Shown: piece by piece, positions 38,300 to 50,976 of the stretch
Layout of the letters: each line of letters begins with the position of its first letter
How positions within the stretch are numbered: position 1 is the first letter of the stretch
Made by a program: the position numbers and the translations under genes
The notes under the pieces: generated by a model
The model's database searches: none
Seen by the model: the letters and a program-made list of their open reading frames with translations, nothing else
What the model was told of the DNA's origin: nothing
NCBI RefSeq assembly: GCF_018350175.1
Contig: NC_058368.1
Span: 139,130,001-139,194,000 of the forward strand
Reading direction: 5' to 3'
Length of the DNA: 64,000 nt
Source: Felis catus
Taxonomy: Eukaryota

Positions 38300-38850
38300 A
38301 AAAGTTTTAAACTTACAAAATCTTGCAAAAATACAGAGTCCAATATACCCTTCATCCAGCTTCCCCTAATGCTAACTTCTTACAGTATCAAAGTACTATT
38401 ATCAAAACCAAGAGATGAATATTGATAAAATACTATTAACTAGAACCTTATTCAAATTTCACCACTTTTTCCACTACTGCCTCTTTTCTGTTTCCAAATC
38501 CAATCTAGGATTCCATACTGGATTTCGTTTAATATGTCTTTAGTTCTCATCTTTGATAATTCCTCCACCTTTGTCTTTCATGATCTTGACACTTCTAGAG
38601 ATTACTGATCAGTTAGTTTGTAGAATAACCTTCAATTTGGCTTTGCAAATGTCTTCTCATTATAAAATTAAGGTTATGTGTTTTGGGCAAAAATACCAAA
38701 AATCATGTTATACCCTTCTCAGTACATCAGAGATCAGGAGTCCACGATATTGACAGGTGTTACTCCTGGTGATATTAACCATGATTTATTAGTTAACAGA
38801 GTGTCTGCCATGATTCTCTATGTAAATGTACTATTTTTTCCCTTTACAAT
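38300..38850 (-). mobile_element. Old L1MC/ME-type 3' end
   Basis: tacccttcatccagcttcccctaatgctaac...ggtgatattaaccatgat motif. Confidence 0.6.
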
Positions 38851-39706
38851 TAATAATATTAAAGATAAACAAAAATTGTATCACTTTAATAAATCTAACG
38901 GACCCTAGAAACTATTATCAATTTGATAACCGTTATCATCCCCTTAACTGTTCCTTTACTATTGAACTAACCATTCCTTAACACTCAAAAATGTTAAGAT
39001 GTTCCGTTCCTTTTTCTCCTTGAATTTCTATTTCTCTTATATGTATTCTACAGAATGTTATCATCATGTAATGTACTTTTATTCTTGAGATTATATACTT
39101 GATTATTCAACTGTTTTTCGGTGCAAAAACATACCTGTACACAAATATAAATTTTTAAAATTTCTTGTGACCATACAGTTCTAATTATAAAACCAAAATA
39201 AATTTTGTGTTATTATCATCATTAATAATAGTAGACAATGGATCAAAACATAAATGTATTCTACATATGGAAAATTACTTATTAGGTGAAAAATAAAATT
39301 TTACTCAAAATGTATCTTGAATGAAATAGATGTATCTCACTTTTTTTTTTTTTTTTTTGGTTTATAAGTCCATTAATGAATATTACTTACTACCAGAATG
39401 AGACAAGGTTCAGCGCTAATCCTATTCCTTTTTTAATAGATAAAAATACTCAGTAACTATAAAAGGGACCAGAAAATCTTTTGTTATAATGATGTTATTA
39501 AATTCTGTGAATTCCCTTTGAGTTATGTTCCAGATTTCACACAAGCTACTGTAAAAAACTACTTTTAACAATGACATCTCCATAACCCCAAAACCATACA
39601 AACTCTAAGTCTCCCACAGTGATCTCTGTACTTCAGACAAAAAAAAAAATTATACAGTTTCTTAAATTTCATTACACTGTAATAGGATTTGACTTCATAA
39701 ACAGTC

Positions 39707-40034
39707 AAATCCTATTATATATATAAAACTTTTTATATACACATATAAATATATATATAAGCATATATAAATATATATCCTTATATATAAATATATATAA
39801 ATCCTTATATACATATAAATATATATATAAATCCTTTTTATATATAAATATGTAAATCCTTTTTATATATAAATACATATGTAAATCCTTTTATATATAA
39901 ATATATATGTAAATCCTTATATATATAAATACATGTAAATCCTTATATATATAAATATATATGTAAGTCCTTTTAAATGTATATATATATACTTTTATAT
40001 ATATATAAATATATATATAAATCCTTTTATATAT
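39707..40034. repeat. AT-rich minisatellite, ~26-32 bp unit aaatcctt(tt)atatataaatatatat(a/g)t, about 10 copies
   Basis: Recurrent aaatcctt anchors separated by (TA)n. Confidence 0.88.
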
Positions 40035-40140
40035 CAAAACTAATTTTACATCCCAACAAATATCCCAATATACCAATATGCTGTTTAACTTAAAAATCAT
40101 AAAGAGTAATATCATAAGGCTTTCATTCAATACATATTTG

Positions 40141-40375
40141 GGTTTTTTTTTGGTTGTTTTTTTTTTTCAACGTTTATTTTTTTTGGGACAGAGAGAGAGA
40201 GAGAGAGAGCATGAACGGGGGAGGGGCAGAGAGAGAGGGAGACACAGAATCAGAAACAGGCTCCAGGCTCTGAGCCATCAGCCCAGAGCCTGACGCGGGG
40301 CTCGAACTCACGGACCGCGAGATCGTGACCTGGCTGAAGTCGGACGCTTAACCGACTGCGCCACCCAGGCGCCCC
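40141..40375 (-). mobile_element. Young CanSINE
   Basis: CpGs intact; TSD aatacatatttg. Confidence 0.94.
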
Positions 40376-40469
40376 AATACATATTTGTTTAATAAAGATT
40401 TTATCTTTTTGTTACTGGGAGTTTTTTCCTGATACATAGATTATGAATACTTCTATCAGAAAGTGTTTT

Positions 40470-41147
40470 AGTGGGAATGCAAGCTGGTGTAGCCACTCTG
40501 GAAAACAGTATGCAGGTTCCTTAAAACACTAAAAATAGAACTACCCTACGACCCAGCAATTGCACTACTAGGCATTTGTCCAAGGGCTACAGGTGTGCTA
40601 TTTCAAAGGGACACATGCACCCCCATGTTTATAGCAGCACTATCAACAATAGCCAAAGTATGTAAGGATCCCAAATGTCCAACGATGGATGAATGGGTAA
40701 AGAAGATGTGGTATATATATACAACAGACTATTACTCGGCAATCAAAACAAATGAAATCTTGCCATTTGCAACTATGTGGATGGAACTGGAGGGTATTAT
40801 GCTAAGTGAAATTAGTCAGAGAAAGACAAAAATCATATGACTTCACTCATATGAGGACTTTAAGAGACAAAACAGATGAACACAAGGGAAGGGAAGCAAA
40901 AATAATATAAAAACAGGAGGGGGACAAAACAGAAGAGACTCATAAATATGGAGAACAAACTGAGGGTTACTGGAGGCGTTGTGGGAGGGGGGATGGGCTA
41001 AATGGGTAAGGGGCATTAAGGAATCTACTCCTGAAATCATTGCTTCACTATATACTAACTAATCTAGATGTAAACTTTAAAAAATAAAAAAATAAAGTTA
41101 AATTACAAAAAAAATAAATAAATAAGAAAATAAAAAATAAAATAAAA
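40470..41147 (+). mobile_element. 5'-truncated carnivore L1 (ORF2 end, 3'UTR, polyA) with TSD
   Basis: CTPMFIAALSTIAK ORF; TSD agaaagtg(t/c)tttagt at ~40458 and ~41148. Confidence 0.92.
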
Positions 41148-41969
41148 AGAAAGTGCTTTAGTATTTGTTTTGAGCAATTTTTCCAAAATATTTTACACTT
41201 GGGTTTCCTTTAAAAAAAATAATAGTTTCAGACTGAATTAAATGGTTATTAATTCAAAGTCTGGTATAAGCACACCTAATTTCATTGTTATCTGGTGGAT
41301 GGATGAGAGCCAAAACTTAAAAGTGGGAAAGAACTAAAATAAATAGTAAGGAGGTAATGCAATTAGTAGAAAATTGCGGAAGGTGCTAAAAGTGGTAGAC
41401 AAGCGGCACTTGAAAACTCCAGGATATGATATTTAGTTAACTACCAGAACAAGCAAAACTAGAGGCCAGGTCACCAAGCAGAGAAGGAGCCCAAATGCGC
41501 ATGAAAAAGGAAGAGAAGCACGCTCCTGGAATCAGGTACTGATCAGAAACACTCAAAGAGCAATGTTATGCCCTTTAACTGTGTGCCTTTCATCTAAAGC
41601 AAAGCTCCAAATAAATAAGTATAAGCTAATATGTGCTCCAAATGTCTATGAGCTAGTTCCAAACTTGATCAGACCAAAAAAAAAAAAAAAAAAAAAAAGA
41701 GCTAAATCTGGAAGGTGTGAAATGTAAAAAAGACCAAAAATTAATCTGAGTGTTCTCTACGAAAGGTCTTCCGGTCAAGGTACAGAACAGGCCGACTTTG
41801 CTATGTGGTGGGTATATACGTATACACAGATCAAGCAAGTTAGAGCTTTGTGGCTTCAGTACCTCCAGGGAACTGAAACAGCAGGAAAAAAGGTAAAGCA
41901 AAATGAAGTGGCACCCATCTTTTAGGAATAGGGTATAGCTAAGTCTTAAGATCAAAAATCCAAACTTCA

Positions 41970-42180
41970 GGGGTGTCTTAGGGGCTCAGTCTTGGTTAAG
42001 TGTCCAACTCTCAATTTCGGCTCAGGTGATGATCTTGCAGTTTGTGAGTTCGGGCCCACATTGGGCTCCAAAACGACAGTGCAGAGCCTGCTTCGGTTCT
42101 CTCTCTCGGCCCCTCCCCTGCTTGTGCGCTCGAGCACGCTCTCTCTCTCTCTCTCTCAAAATAAATAAATAAACTTTTTA
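41970..42180 (+). mobile_element. CanSINE
   Basis: TSD aaaaatccaaacttcag. Confidence 0.9.
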
Positions 42181-42854
42181 AAAAATCCAAACTTCAGAAG
42201 ATTAACAATTTCAAAGCTGTCTAAATTCTCGAAATATATTGTTTTTCATGGTAATTAGCAAAGCTGCCTTTAATAAATCAGGCTTAATCACTTGTGTGAG
42301 GCAGACAGAGGCCATGCATTTGGTCCACAGGTAGAGAGTGGTTTTAAAAGGAGCCCGTAATGGTGACAGCAGCAGGAATCAAACAACCACCTTAAATTAA
42401 GGGAAGGACGACAGGTACTAAGGAAGGACTTGTGATGAGCACTGGGTGTTGTATAAGTGAGGAATCACTGAACTCTACTCCTAAAACCAATATTGCACTG
42501 TGTGTTAACTAACTGAAATTTAAAGGCGGGGGGGAGGGGAGAGGGAGAGAGAGAAGGGCATGGTAAGAAGTCAAGACAGCCAAATCAGAGGCTCAAAGTA
42601 CACCTCTCTTTACACATATGTGTACAAATCTTACCCTCTGTCAAACGTTTATTTTTGTTTTGTTTTTTTTCAAAAGACTTTCCTAACAATCCTCTTTTAC
42701 ATAGAATGGTAGAATCAAAGTACTCCTAAGAAACAGTAAGTAAAATCACCTCAATTTAAACTCTAAAGAGTAATTTAAAAGGATACGGATACAGTTGGGG
42801 TCTAAAAAAGGAAGCTTCCATAATATGTAGTTTAAATAACTTTTAAAGACTCAC

Positions 42855-43026
42855 CTGTAGGCTTAACTGAATAAAACCCAATGGCCTCTCCTTTCTTCCA
42901 CAGAATCTTAGCGTAATCAGTACTGCTATGGCACAGGAATGGTATCTCATTTCTCTCCATTTCCTGTTTTCTATAAATAATTCGATTCAGAACATACAGT
43001 ACCACTCTCTCCCCAAGAGTTCTCAC
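42855..43026 (-). CDS. FAM169A: FAM169A exon 5, 172 nt: VRTLGERVVLYVLNRIIYRKQEMERNEIPFLCHSSTDYAKILWKKGEAIGFYSVKPT(G)
   Basis: ORF track 42832..43026; acceptor TTTCCAG|GTG, donor CAG|GTGAGT. Confidence 0.96.
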
Positions 43027-45127
43027 CTGGAAAGAGAGTCAGACACAGGCACAACAGTTATGATATGCATTCAGAGATGCTATCCACCTTGCTCTCTGCT
43101 TCCACACCTCATACTGGAGTGCACAAAGCACTTTAAATACACTAATAATGATTTCTTAAACTTATCATCACAGTAAAAGTGATAAGAGTAACCATTCATG
43201 CCAACAACAATCCCTTTCTATAGACAGATAGGCATGGAAATAGTGCCTCTCAGCAAAATTCTAAAACAGGAAAAACTAATTTCCAATGTACCAATGATCT
43301 AGCCATCTCTTCCTTAGCGCTCAAGTGTTTTGTTTCTGCTACCAGCTGCCCAGACCCAGGCTACCTCTACTGCTTCAGTTCTTTTCACCCCATTCCAGTC
43401 TCAATATTAAAGAAAAAAGAAAAAAAAAAAAAAAAAGAAAAGAAAAAAAGAAAGCTTCCTGTTATCCTCTAGATCTTTAAGAACCATTACCTTACTTGAT
43501 GAGGAAATCCATAATTATGTTCCTAGCGAAGGAATCTCTCTCATTTTTTCCAGGTAAAATGTTCATTTAACAGTCATGTCTATAGTTAGACAACTATAAG
43601 AAACACCCACCTCACCCCACATACATACCCACAGACCCTTCTGCCAGATCAGATGAGTGATGACAGTGGTACCAGGCAAGTCTGATAAAAAACAAACTTG
43701 GGGCAGTCACAGCATGGAAACAGAGCCTCACTTCCTACATGCAGGGTTACCTGGTCACAGGGACCACTCACCAACTTTCTGACATCAAACAATGGGGTTT
43801 TCCTCCCACAGACATCTTTCACCACTAAAAACAAGAGTACTTACTACCCATAAGGTATTTCTCCTCAAGTCTCCTTGAAGAAAAACAAGAGTGCCCTATA
43901 ATTAGGTGAGTGAAGAAAAAAAGCATTAACCCATATACCAACACTCCTCTCAAAACTAAACAAAAACCCTTAACTATACTACACAGTAGGAGAGGTCAGA
44001 TACCAAACAACACACAAAATGACAAAGCTCACTTGCTTTCCAGGCAACCCATTCCTTCCTTGAACAGCTCTGACCAGTACATAATTCTTCTTTATACTGA
44101 GTTGACTATAGCCAAAGACTGTACTTTGATACTCTGGAGCCATACAGTCTAAAAATAATTGAAGAGAGCCATGACATTCCCCTAAATTCCTACCACAGGA
44201 ACATAGGAACGAATGAAAGAAAGGACTGATCTAATGCAATTTTGGGTACTTTTGCCATTCCAGTTCTCACTCTTGAAATGCTCCAGATCCTTATCATCTC
44301 TCTTCCCACTGGGGCTTGAAGATACTACAGACATAAACACTGAAGATACGGTTATAATAATCGGGCTTTGCTATATAAACTTCAGTTCTTGTATTAGCTT
44401 TTTTGTTTACCTTCATTTTACTTCTAATTAACTAAAGCCCAATCGTTTTCATATGCGTTGTTTTAGCTTATTCTTCACGGTGTACATGTGCAGTTATTTT
44501 TTTGAACCTATGGGTAATTACTTTTCATCATGTTAGATCCTCTTTGTTCCTTAATTCTGCCTTTCAGAGCCTGGTTCTCCCATTCAGCACTGTGGCATGC
44601 AGAATTCAGGTCATCTATGTCTTCCTCGAAGGAAATGAGAAGATGGTGACGAGGACAGAAAAAAAGGGACAAAACCTGGAAGTATGCCAGTGAGGATCTC
44701 CCTTCTATTCCACTGTGTAGAGCACTTGAATAGACCACCTGAAATGGGCCTACTGATAGGCAAGGTTCCTGGTCAGTCTCTCCTAGAGACAGAGAACCTA
44801 AGCAAACACACGGAGGGAACTAGGTTTTTCTCTAACCTATACAGAAATCAGAAGCTGAAGCCAATACAGGTAACTACCGTTCAAGTAACCCATAGAGACT
44901 CACTCTTCATCACTCAATTCTCAGATACATTCAGAGCCACATAAAACTGAGGAAGCCCAATCAGAGTACCAGCTTCATCGAAACAATGAAACTTTAATCA
45001 TCTAATACAACCTGGTCATACTAAAATGGAGAAGTGCTCAATAACTTTAAGAACTATCAATGTTTAATGGGAAACAAACTGTGAAATGGCCTCATAAGAA
45101 ACACTTTTAAATACAGGATCTTGTTAC

Positions 45128-45213
45128 CTGCTTAAGCCCTTCTCTAGAAGGGACAGATGTTTTCACAATATCATCAATAGCCCACCACTGATCAGCAAGG
45201 TAAAGTGCCACAG
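45128..45213 (-). CDS. FAM169A: FAM169A exon 4, 86 nt: (A)VALYLADQWWAIDDIVKTSVPSREGLKQ
   Basis: Acceptor TTTTTAG|CT, donor CAG|GTAACA; phase 1 in, phase 0 out. Confidence 0.95.
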
Positions 45214-45363
45214 CTAAAAATAGAATAAATGATTATTAACATTTAAGTCTTATAGCATACAATATTACTATTTGATAAGGTTTATATAGATAAATATATC
45301 TACACTTTATAATACAACGTGGCCCCATTTATTAAGCAAAAAAAAAAGAAAAAAAAAAGGTAC

Positions 45364-45463
45364 CTGTGAGTGAGTCCTCAGGTGCAAAGAGAGCAAGAAT
45401 TTTCTCAGTCTGATCTCCACCATAAAGAGGTACAAAGCCTACATTGGACAGGCTAATAGGAAT
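45364..45463 (-). CDS. FAM169A: FAM169A exon 3, 100 nt: IPISLSNVGFVPLYGGDQTEKILALFAPEDSLT(A)
   Basis: Acceptor TTTCAG|ATT, donor CAG|GTACCT; in frame with exon 2. Confidence 0.95.
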
Positions 45464-46521
45464 CTGAAATGACAAGTGAGTAAAGATTAGTGAAAAGTCT
45501 ATTCAGAAAATATAGGACAAAAACAACATGCTTCTACCAAAATACTAAACTTTTCCTACATTAATGCTAATTATGTAATTTCATAGAAGGGATTTCTCAT
45601 GTCAAAAAATTCTATCAGACTTCCCTTTTGCAAGAATTTTATTATCTTCGGGGACAAAAAACTGAAGTTTATTTCAATAAATATTATTATTGTACTCTAG
45701 CCACAGATATGAATAAAAACAAAGGCATGATATGGTACATATAAACTCATTTAAAAAAAGACACTAGTTTATTATCTGTTACACAATTTCACGGGGGAAA
45801 AAAACTCCATTTTATAGTAAAAGACATCAGACAGGTAAAACGGTTTTTCCAGTGAGATACATGATACTCTAAGATTTGCCTACCTTCATTAATCTGACCA
45901 TAATTCCCCACTTACAGATGATACTACAATTCAGATAATTATAAAATACTGGTGCTTTACAAGAAGAGACTTTAAAGAATCCCTTAAACATCACTTACTA
46001 GAAGAAAACTACAAGGCCTATAAAGGTTAGAGAATTTGCCTACCATCTAGTTCACAGTGAAATTCTAACAATTCCAAGTCTAATTATCTTTCCTTTCACT
46101 ATATATCATGCTTACTAATTAGAAAGCTTGATTCTAATACTTTAGAAAAAGGACGATCTGTGGTACAAAAATGTGCAATTTAGTGTTCTGATTTTTCTTT
46201 CTTAAAAACCTTCTAAAATCACAAATTCTCAATCTAAATTTAGTCAGCTCAAATCCCGTAACCAGTCTCAGCAAACTGTTACACAACTTACATAAAATTT
46301 TAAAGGCATAATATAAATATTAAGCAATAACCTGTAGAGTGTGTTTTTTAAAACTTGATCATACTGCTATACTAACAAATCAATATTTATTCACTTTACT
46401 GAATAGTCTTTTGATAAAAATTTCAAAAGTGAGTAGTTAACATTTTAAAAAGTAAGCAGATACGATTTCACATATAAACTGAACTGAAAAGACTGATAAC
46501 AATCACCTCAGCACACCTTAC

Positions 46522-46653
46522 CGTGATATTGAGAAGAGAAAAACGTTCAGGGTTTTCAGGGTCGCCACACCTTAGATCTGACATGTAATCTTCAGCAGAA
46601 TTTTCCAATTCTTCATGACTGCAATTATCCAGCATATCCACAGGGAATGCCAT
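46522..46653 (-). CDS. FAM169A: FAM169A first coding exon (exon 2), 132 nt coding: MAFPVDMLDNCSHEELENSAEDYMSDLRCGDPENPERFSLLNIT
   Basis: Translation matches the recalled FAM169A N-terminus. ATG at 46653; acceptor TTGAAG|AGGATG just upstream (~46656); donor ACG|GTAAGG. Confidence 0.96.
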
Positions 46654-46879
46654 CCTCTTCAACAAACAACATGGAACAAATGTTTCAGAACATGAAATGT
46701 TACCTGTCTTTACTCATAGAAAAAAAATTTTTATTGTAACACCACACTTCAAGGAAACTTCATTTTCACTATGCCAAGACAGACAACAATTTGAGCCCAC
46801 TGATTGAAAATGTATATCAAACAATAAAACTTTTAAACGTTCATTTGTAGTAAAGCAAGCAATGAAATAGAAATTAATC

Positions 46880-47320
46880 GGGGCACCTGGGTGGCTCAGT
46901 CGGTTGAGCGTCTGACTTAGGCTCAGGTCATGAACTTGCGGTTCACGAGTTCAAGCCCCATGTCTGGCTCTGTGCTGACAGCTCAGAGCCTGGAGCCTGT
47001 TTCGGATTCTGTGTCTCCCTCTCTCCCTGCCCCACCCCCACTCATTCTCTGTCCCTCAAAAATAAATAAACATTAAAAAAAATTTAACATGGGGCGCCTG
47101 GGTGGCTCAGTCGGTTGAGCATCCGACTCTGGCTCAGGTCATGATCTCACAGTCTGTGAGTTCGAGCCCGCATCAGGCTCTGTGCTGACAGCTCAGAGCC
47201 TGGAGCCTACTTTGGTTTCTGTGTCTCCCTCTCTCTCTCTCTGTCCCTCCCCTGTTCATGCTGTCTCTCTCTCTCTCTCTGTCAAAAATAAATAAATATT
47301 AAAAATTTTTTTTAATTTAA
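46880..47320 (+). mobile_element. Two tandem CanSINEs (46880, 47091)
   Basis: One TSD aaatagaaattaat encloses both. Confidence 0.92.
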
Positions 47321-48344
47321 TACAAATAGAAATTAATGAATAATTCCTTAAAATGATAAAAATAATTTATACAGGCATAGGATATACATATTTACATATA
47401 AACACACATGCATATATCATCCTATACCTGCCAACATTTAAGCCACTGTAAAAGGACAAACACATAGGAACTTTTGGGAATAACAAAACTGTTCTACAAC
47501 TGGATTATAGTAATGGTACAACCCTACAAATTTATTTTAAAAATCACTGAATTGTACAGTTGCAGTAGGTAAACGTTACAGCATGTAAATTACATCTCTC
47601 ATATATATAGCTATTAAAAAAAAACCAACACTTTAGTGGGGAAACACTAAAGCCAAGAAAAATAAGGACACTACTACTATATAAAATTATATAGGTATCT
47701 GTCAATGCAATTAGATGAGAGAAAGCAATTAAGGCATAACAATTCAGGATGGGTGTGAGGGTTGCGGCGGAAGACTATTGCTACCTCAATTTGCAAATAA
47801 TTTATTTAATTGAAAAATCCCAAAGAATTAATGGAAAAATTATTCCAAATAATACGAAATTATAGTCAAATAGCAAGATATAAAATTAAACATATAAATC
47901 AAGCCTTCATATTTACAATAACCACTGGTAAAAAATAATAATAATGAATGGGAAAGAATGAGTAAAAATAGAAAATAAGATCCCATTTAAACACCAAAAA
48001 TTAAAATAGTCTTAAATTTAACAACAATAAACAACAGGAAACCTATTTAAGTCTAAAACATTACTATAAGAAACAAAGTGAACAAACAGGAAACACAAAC
48101 CATATTCTTAGAAAGGATGCTTCACCACCAAAAAGGTATTAGTCCTCCCTAAGTTAATCTATATTAATTTAATGGAATCCTAATGAAAATACCTTTAGGG
48201 TTTTATTGTTTCCTGAGGGAAAACAAGTTATAAAGTTAATTAGAAGGAATAAATAAGCAAGAGTAGCTAGAAAAATCCTGAAAAGGCAGAGCAATGATTG
48301 GAGGAAAGTATGAACCCTGTGAGATACTAAAACACATAGTTATC

Positions 48345-48855
48345 AACAATAACCAAACTATGGAGAGAGCCCAAATGTCCACTGACTGATAAAGAAGATG
48401 TCGGGTGGGTGGGCAGGTGGCACGCCCGCATAGAATGGCCTATTACTCAGCCATCAAAAAGAATGAAATCTTGCCATTTGCAATGACATAGATGGAGCTA
48501 GAACATACTATGTCAACCAAAATCAGACAGACAAAGACAAACACCATATGATTTCACTCCTACATGGAATTTAAGCAACAAAACAGATGAACATATGGGA
48601 AGGGAGTAAAAAAAAAAAAAAAAAAAAAGGAAACAAACCACAAGAGATTCTCTAACAACAGAGAACAAACTGAGGGTTGACGGAGGGAGGTGGGTGGGAG
48701 ATGGACTAGATGGATGATGGGTATGAAGGAGGGCACTTGTGATGAGCAGTAGGTGTTGTATGTAAGTGAGGAAACACTGAATTCTACTCCTGAAACCAAT
48801 ATTGCACTGTATGTTAACTAACCAAAATTTAAATACAAATGTAAAAAAACAAAAA
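48345..48855 (+). mobile_element. 5'-truncated carnivore L1 3' end
   Basis: gaatgaaatcttgccatttgc...attctactcctgaaaccaatattgcactg; agttatca on both sides. Confidence 0.85.
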
Positions 48856-48875
48856 AGTTATCATAAAACTTTTGA

Positions 48876-49470
48876 GGGGCACCTGGATGGCTCAGTCAGT
48901 AGAGCACACAACTCTTGATCTTGAAGTTGTAAGTTCAAGCTCCATACTGAGCACAGTCTACTTCTAAAAACTAAAATAAAATAAATAACAAAAAGGGGTG
49001 TCACCTAGCTGGCGCAGTAGATGGAGCATGTGACTCTTGATCTCAAGGTTGTAAGTGTGAGCTCCAACTTGGCTGTAGAGATTACTTAAAAATAAAATCT
49101 AGGGGCAACTGGGGGGCTCAGTCAATTAGGCATCTTTTTTTTAACGTTTATGTATTTGGCGGGGGGGGGGGGGTGCAGAGAGAGGGACAGAGGATCCAAA
49201 GTGGGCTCTGCACTGACAGCAGAGAGCCTGACATAGGGCTCGAACTCACAAACCATGAATTCATGACCTGAGCTGAAGTCGGATGCTTAACTGAGCAACT
49301 CAGGTGCCCCAGCCATCTGACTCTTGATTTCGGCACAGGTAAAGATCAGGCCTGCTGAGGATTCTCTATCTCCTTCTCTGACTCTCCCCTGCTCATGCTC
49401 TGTTTCTCTTTCTCTCAAAATAAATAACCAAACATGAAAAAAATAAAATCTAAAAAAAAAAAAAAAAAAA
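48876..49470. mobile_element. SINE pile-up: two short + SINEs, then a + SINE (49102-49470) split by a minus-strand SINE (~49135-49310)
   Basis: Host SINE sequence resumes after the insert; TSD-like aggcatct/agccatct. Confidence 0.85.
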
Positions 49471-50173
49471 ACAGAAAAAAGCACCATACTATCAAAACAT
49501 TAAACAATGTGATGACAAGCATATGCATAGACAAACCAATGTAATAAGATATGGAAATATATCCTAATACCTATGGAAACTGAGTATATGATTAAGGGGA
49601 GCTATTTCAATCAGAGGGGGGCAAAGTTTTGAATGAGGTAGTATTATTTCATTGGTCTTAGAGTACGTTTAAAACAGACAATTTTGCCCATCTTTGAACT
49701 TCCTATATCTGAAATCATAGAGCAGGCTCTTTGTTGCATTAACTCTCTTCACTCAACATTACTTCTGTATGAAACATCAATATTGTTGGTTAGACCAGTT
49801 AATTTGTCCCTTTTATTACTATGTAGTGTTCCATCATACCAAATACAGTTTGTTTACCTATTCTACTACTGATGGACAGTTGAGCTACTATGAATATTTG
49901 GGTATGATTATTTTGGTAGGGATACATGCACTCATTAGTGTTAGGTCTGTATACCTACAGTGACCAATCTTACTAAAGTTAAGATGAGCAGACATATGCA
50001 TTCTCACGTGATATGACAAGAACACTGGACCCAAATCTAACCAAGCCATTAGACAAGCATGAAATGAAACCTTAAGTATGCAGACATCCATATTTAGAAC
50101 TCAGTTTCTTTAACAGAGAATGGAGTTTTAAAAAAAAGAGTGGAAACTGATGTAAATTAAAAGAAATTTAAGA

Positions 50174-50342
50174 GCAGCACCTGGGTGGGTGACTTGGTTA
50201 AGTGTTTGACTCTTGATTTGGGCTCAGGTCATGATCTGCCCCTCATCAGGCTCCACAACTCTCTCTCCCTTTCCCTCTGCCTTTTTCCCCCACTCATAAA
50301 AAAAATAAATACAACTCCATTATAAATAAATAAATAAATAAA

Positions 50343-50388
<46 letters not shown>

Positions 50389-50741
50389 GAAATAAAAAGA
50401 AAAGAAAACTTAAGAGACCTGTCAGATGCATTGTGGAGAGGATGCTTATTTGTGTACTCTTTAAAATCTCCATGATAAAAAGTTAAATAAAAACTTACAA
50501 TCTGGGGCGCCTGGATGGCGCAGTCGGTTAAGCGTCCGACTTCAGCCAGGTCACGATCTCACGGTCCGTGAGTTCGAGCCCCGCGTCAGGCCCTGGGCTG
50601 ATGGCTCAGAGCCTGGAGCCTGTTTCCGATTCGGTGTCTCCCTCTCTCTCTGCCCCTCCCCCGTTCATGCTCTGTCTCTCTCTGTCCCAAAAATAAATAA
50701 ACGTTGAAAAAAAAAATTAAAAAAAAAAAAACAAAAAAACA
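50174..50741 (+). mobile_element. Two CanSINEs (50174-50410 with (TAAA)n(GA)n tail; young copy 50504-50741)
   Basis: Second copy has TSD aaaacttacaatct. Confidence 0.9.
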
Positions 50742-50779
50742 AAAACTTACAATCTACGTCAAATACTGAGCTACCAGTT

Positions 50780-50976
50780 CTTTTGTTTTTATTTTTTTTA
50801 ATGTTTTCCTTTTTGAGAGAAAGACAGAGTGTAAGCAGGGAGGATCAGAGAGTGAGGGAGACACAGAACCTGTACCAGGTTCCAGGCTCTGAGCTATCAG
50901 CACAGAGCCTGACGCAGGGCTCGAAGCCCCGAGTGGTGAAGTCGACGCTTAACTGACTGAGCCACCCAGGCACCCC
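50780..50976 (-). mobile_element. CanSINE
   Basis: TSD gag(c/t)taccagtt. Confidence 0.88.

Noticed and set aside
39707..40034. Regularly spaced aaatcctt repeats as a CRISPR-like array
   Set aside because: Spacers are low-complexity (TA)n, the context is a mammalian intron and there are no cas genes.
43600..44960. Apparently unique stretch with several short ORFs in intron 4
   Set aside because: No recognisable protein similarity or consistent splice signals, and exons 4 and 5 already join in frame; probably very old repeat or neutral sequence.
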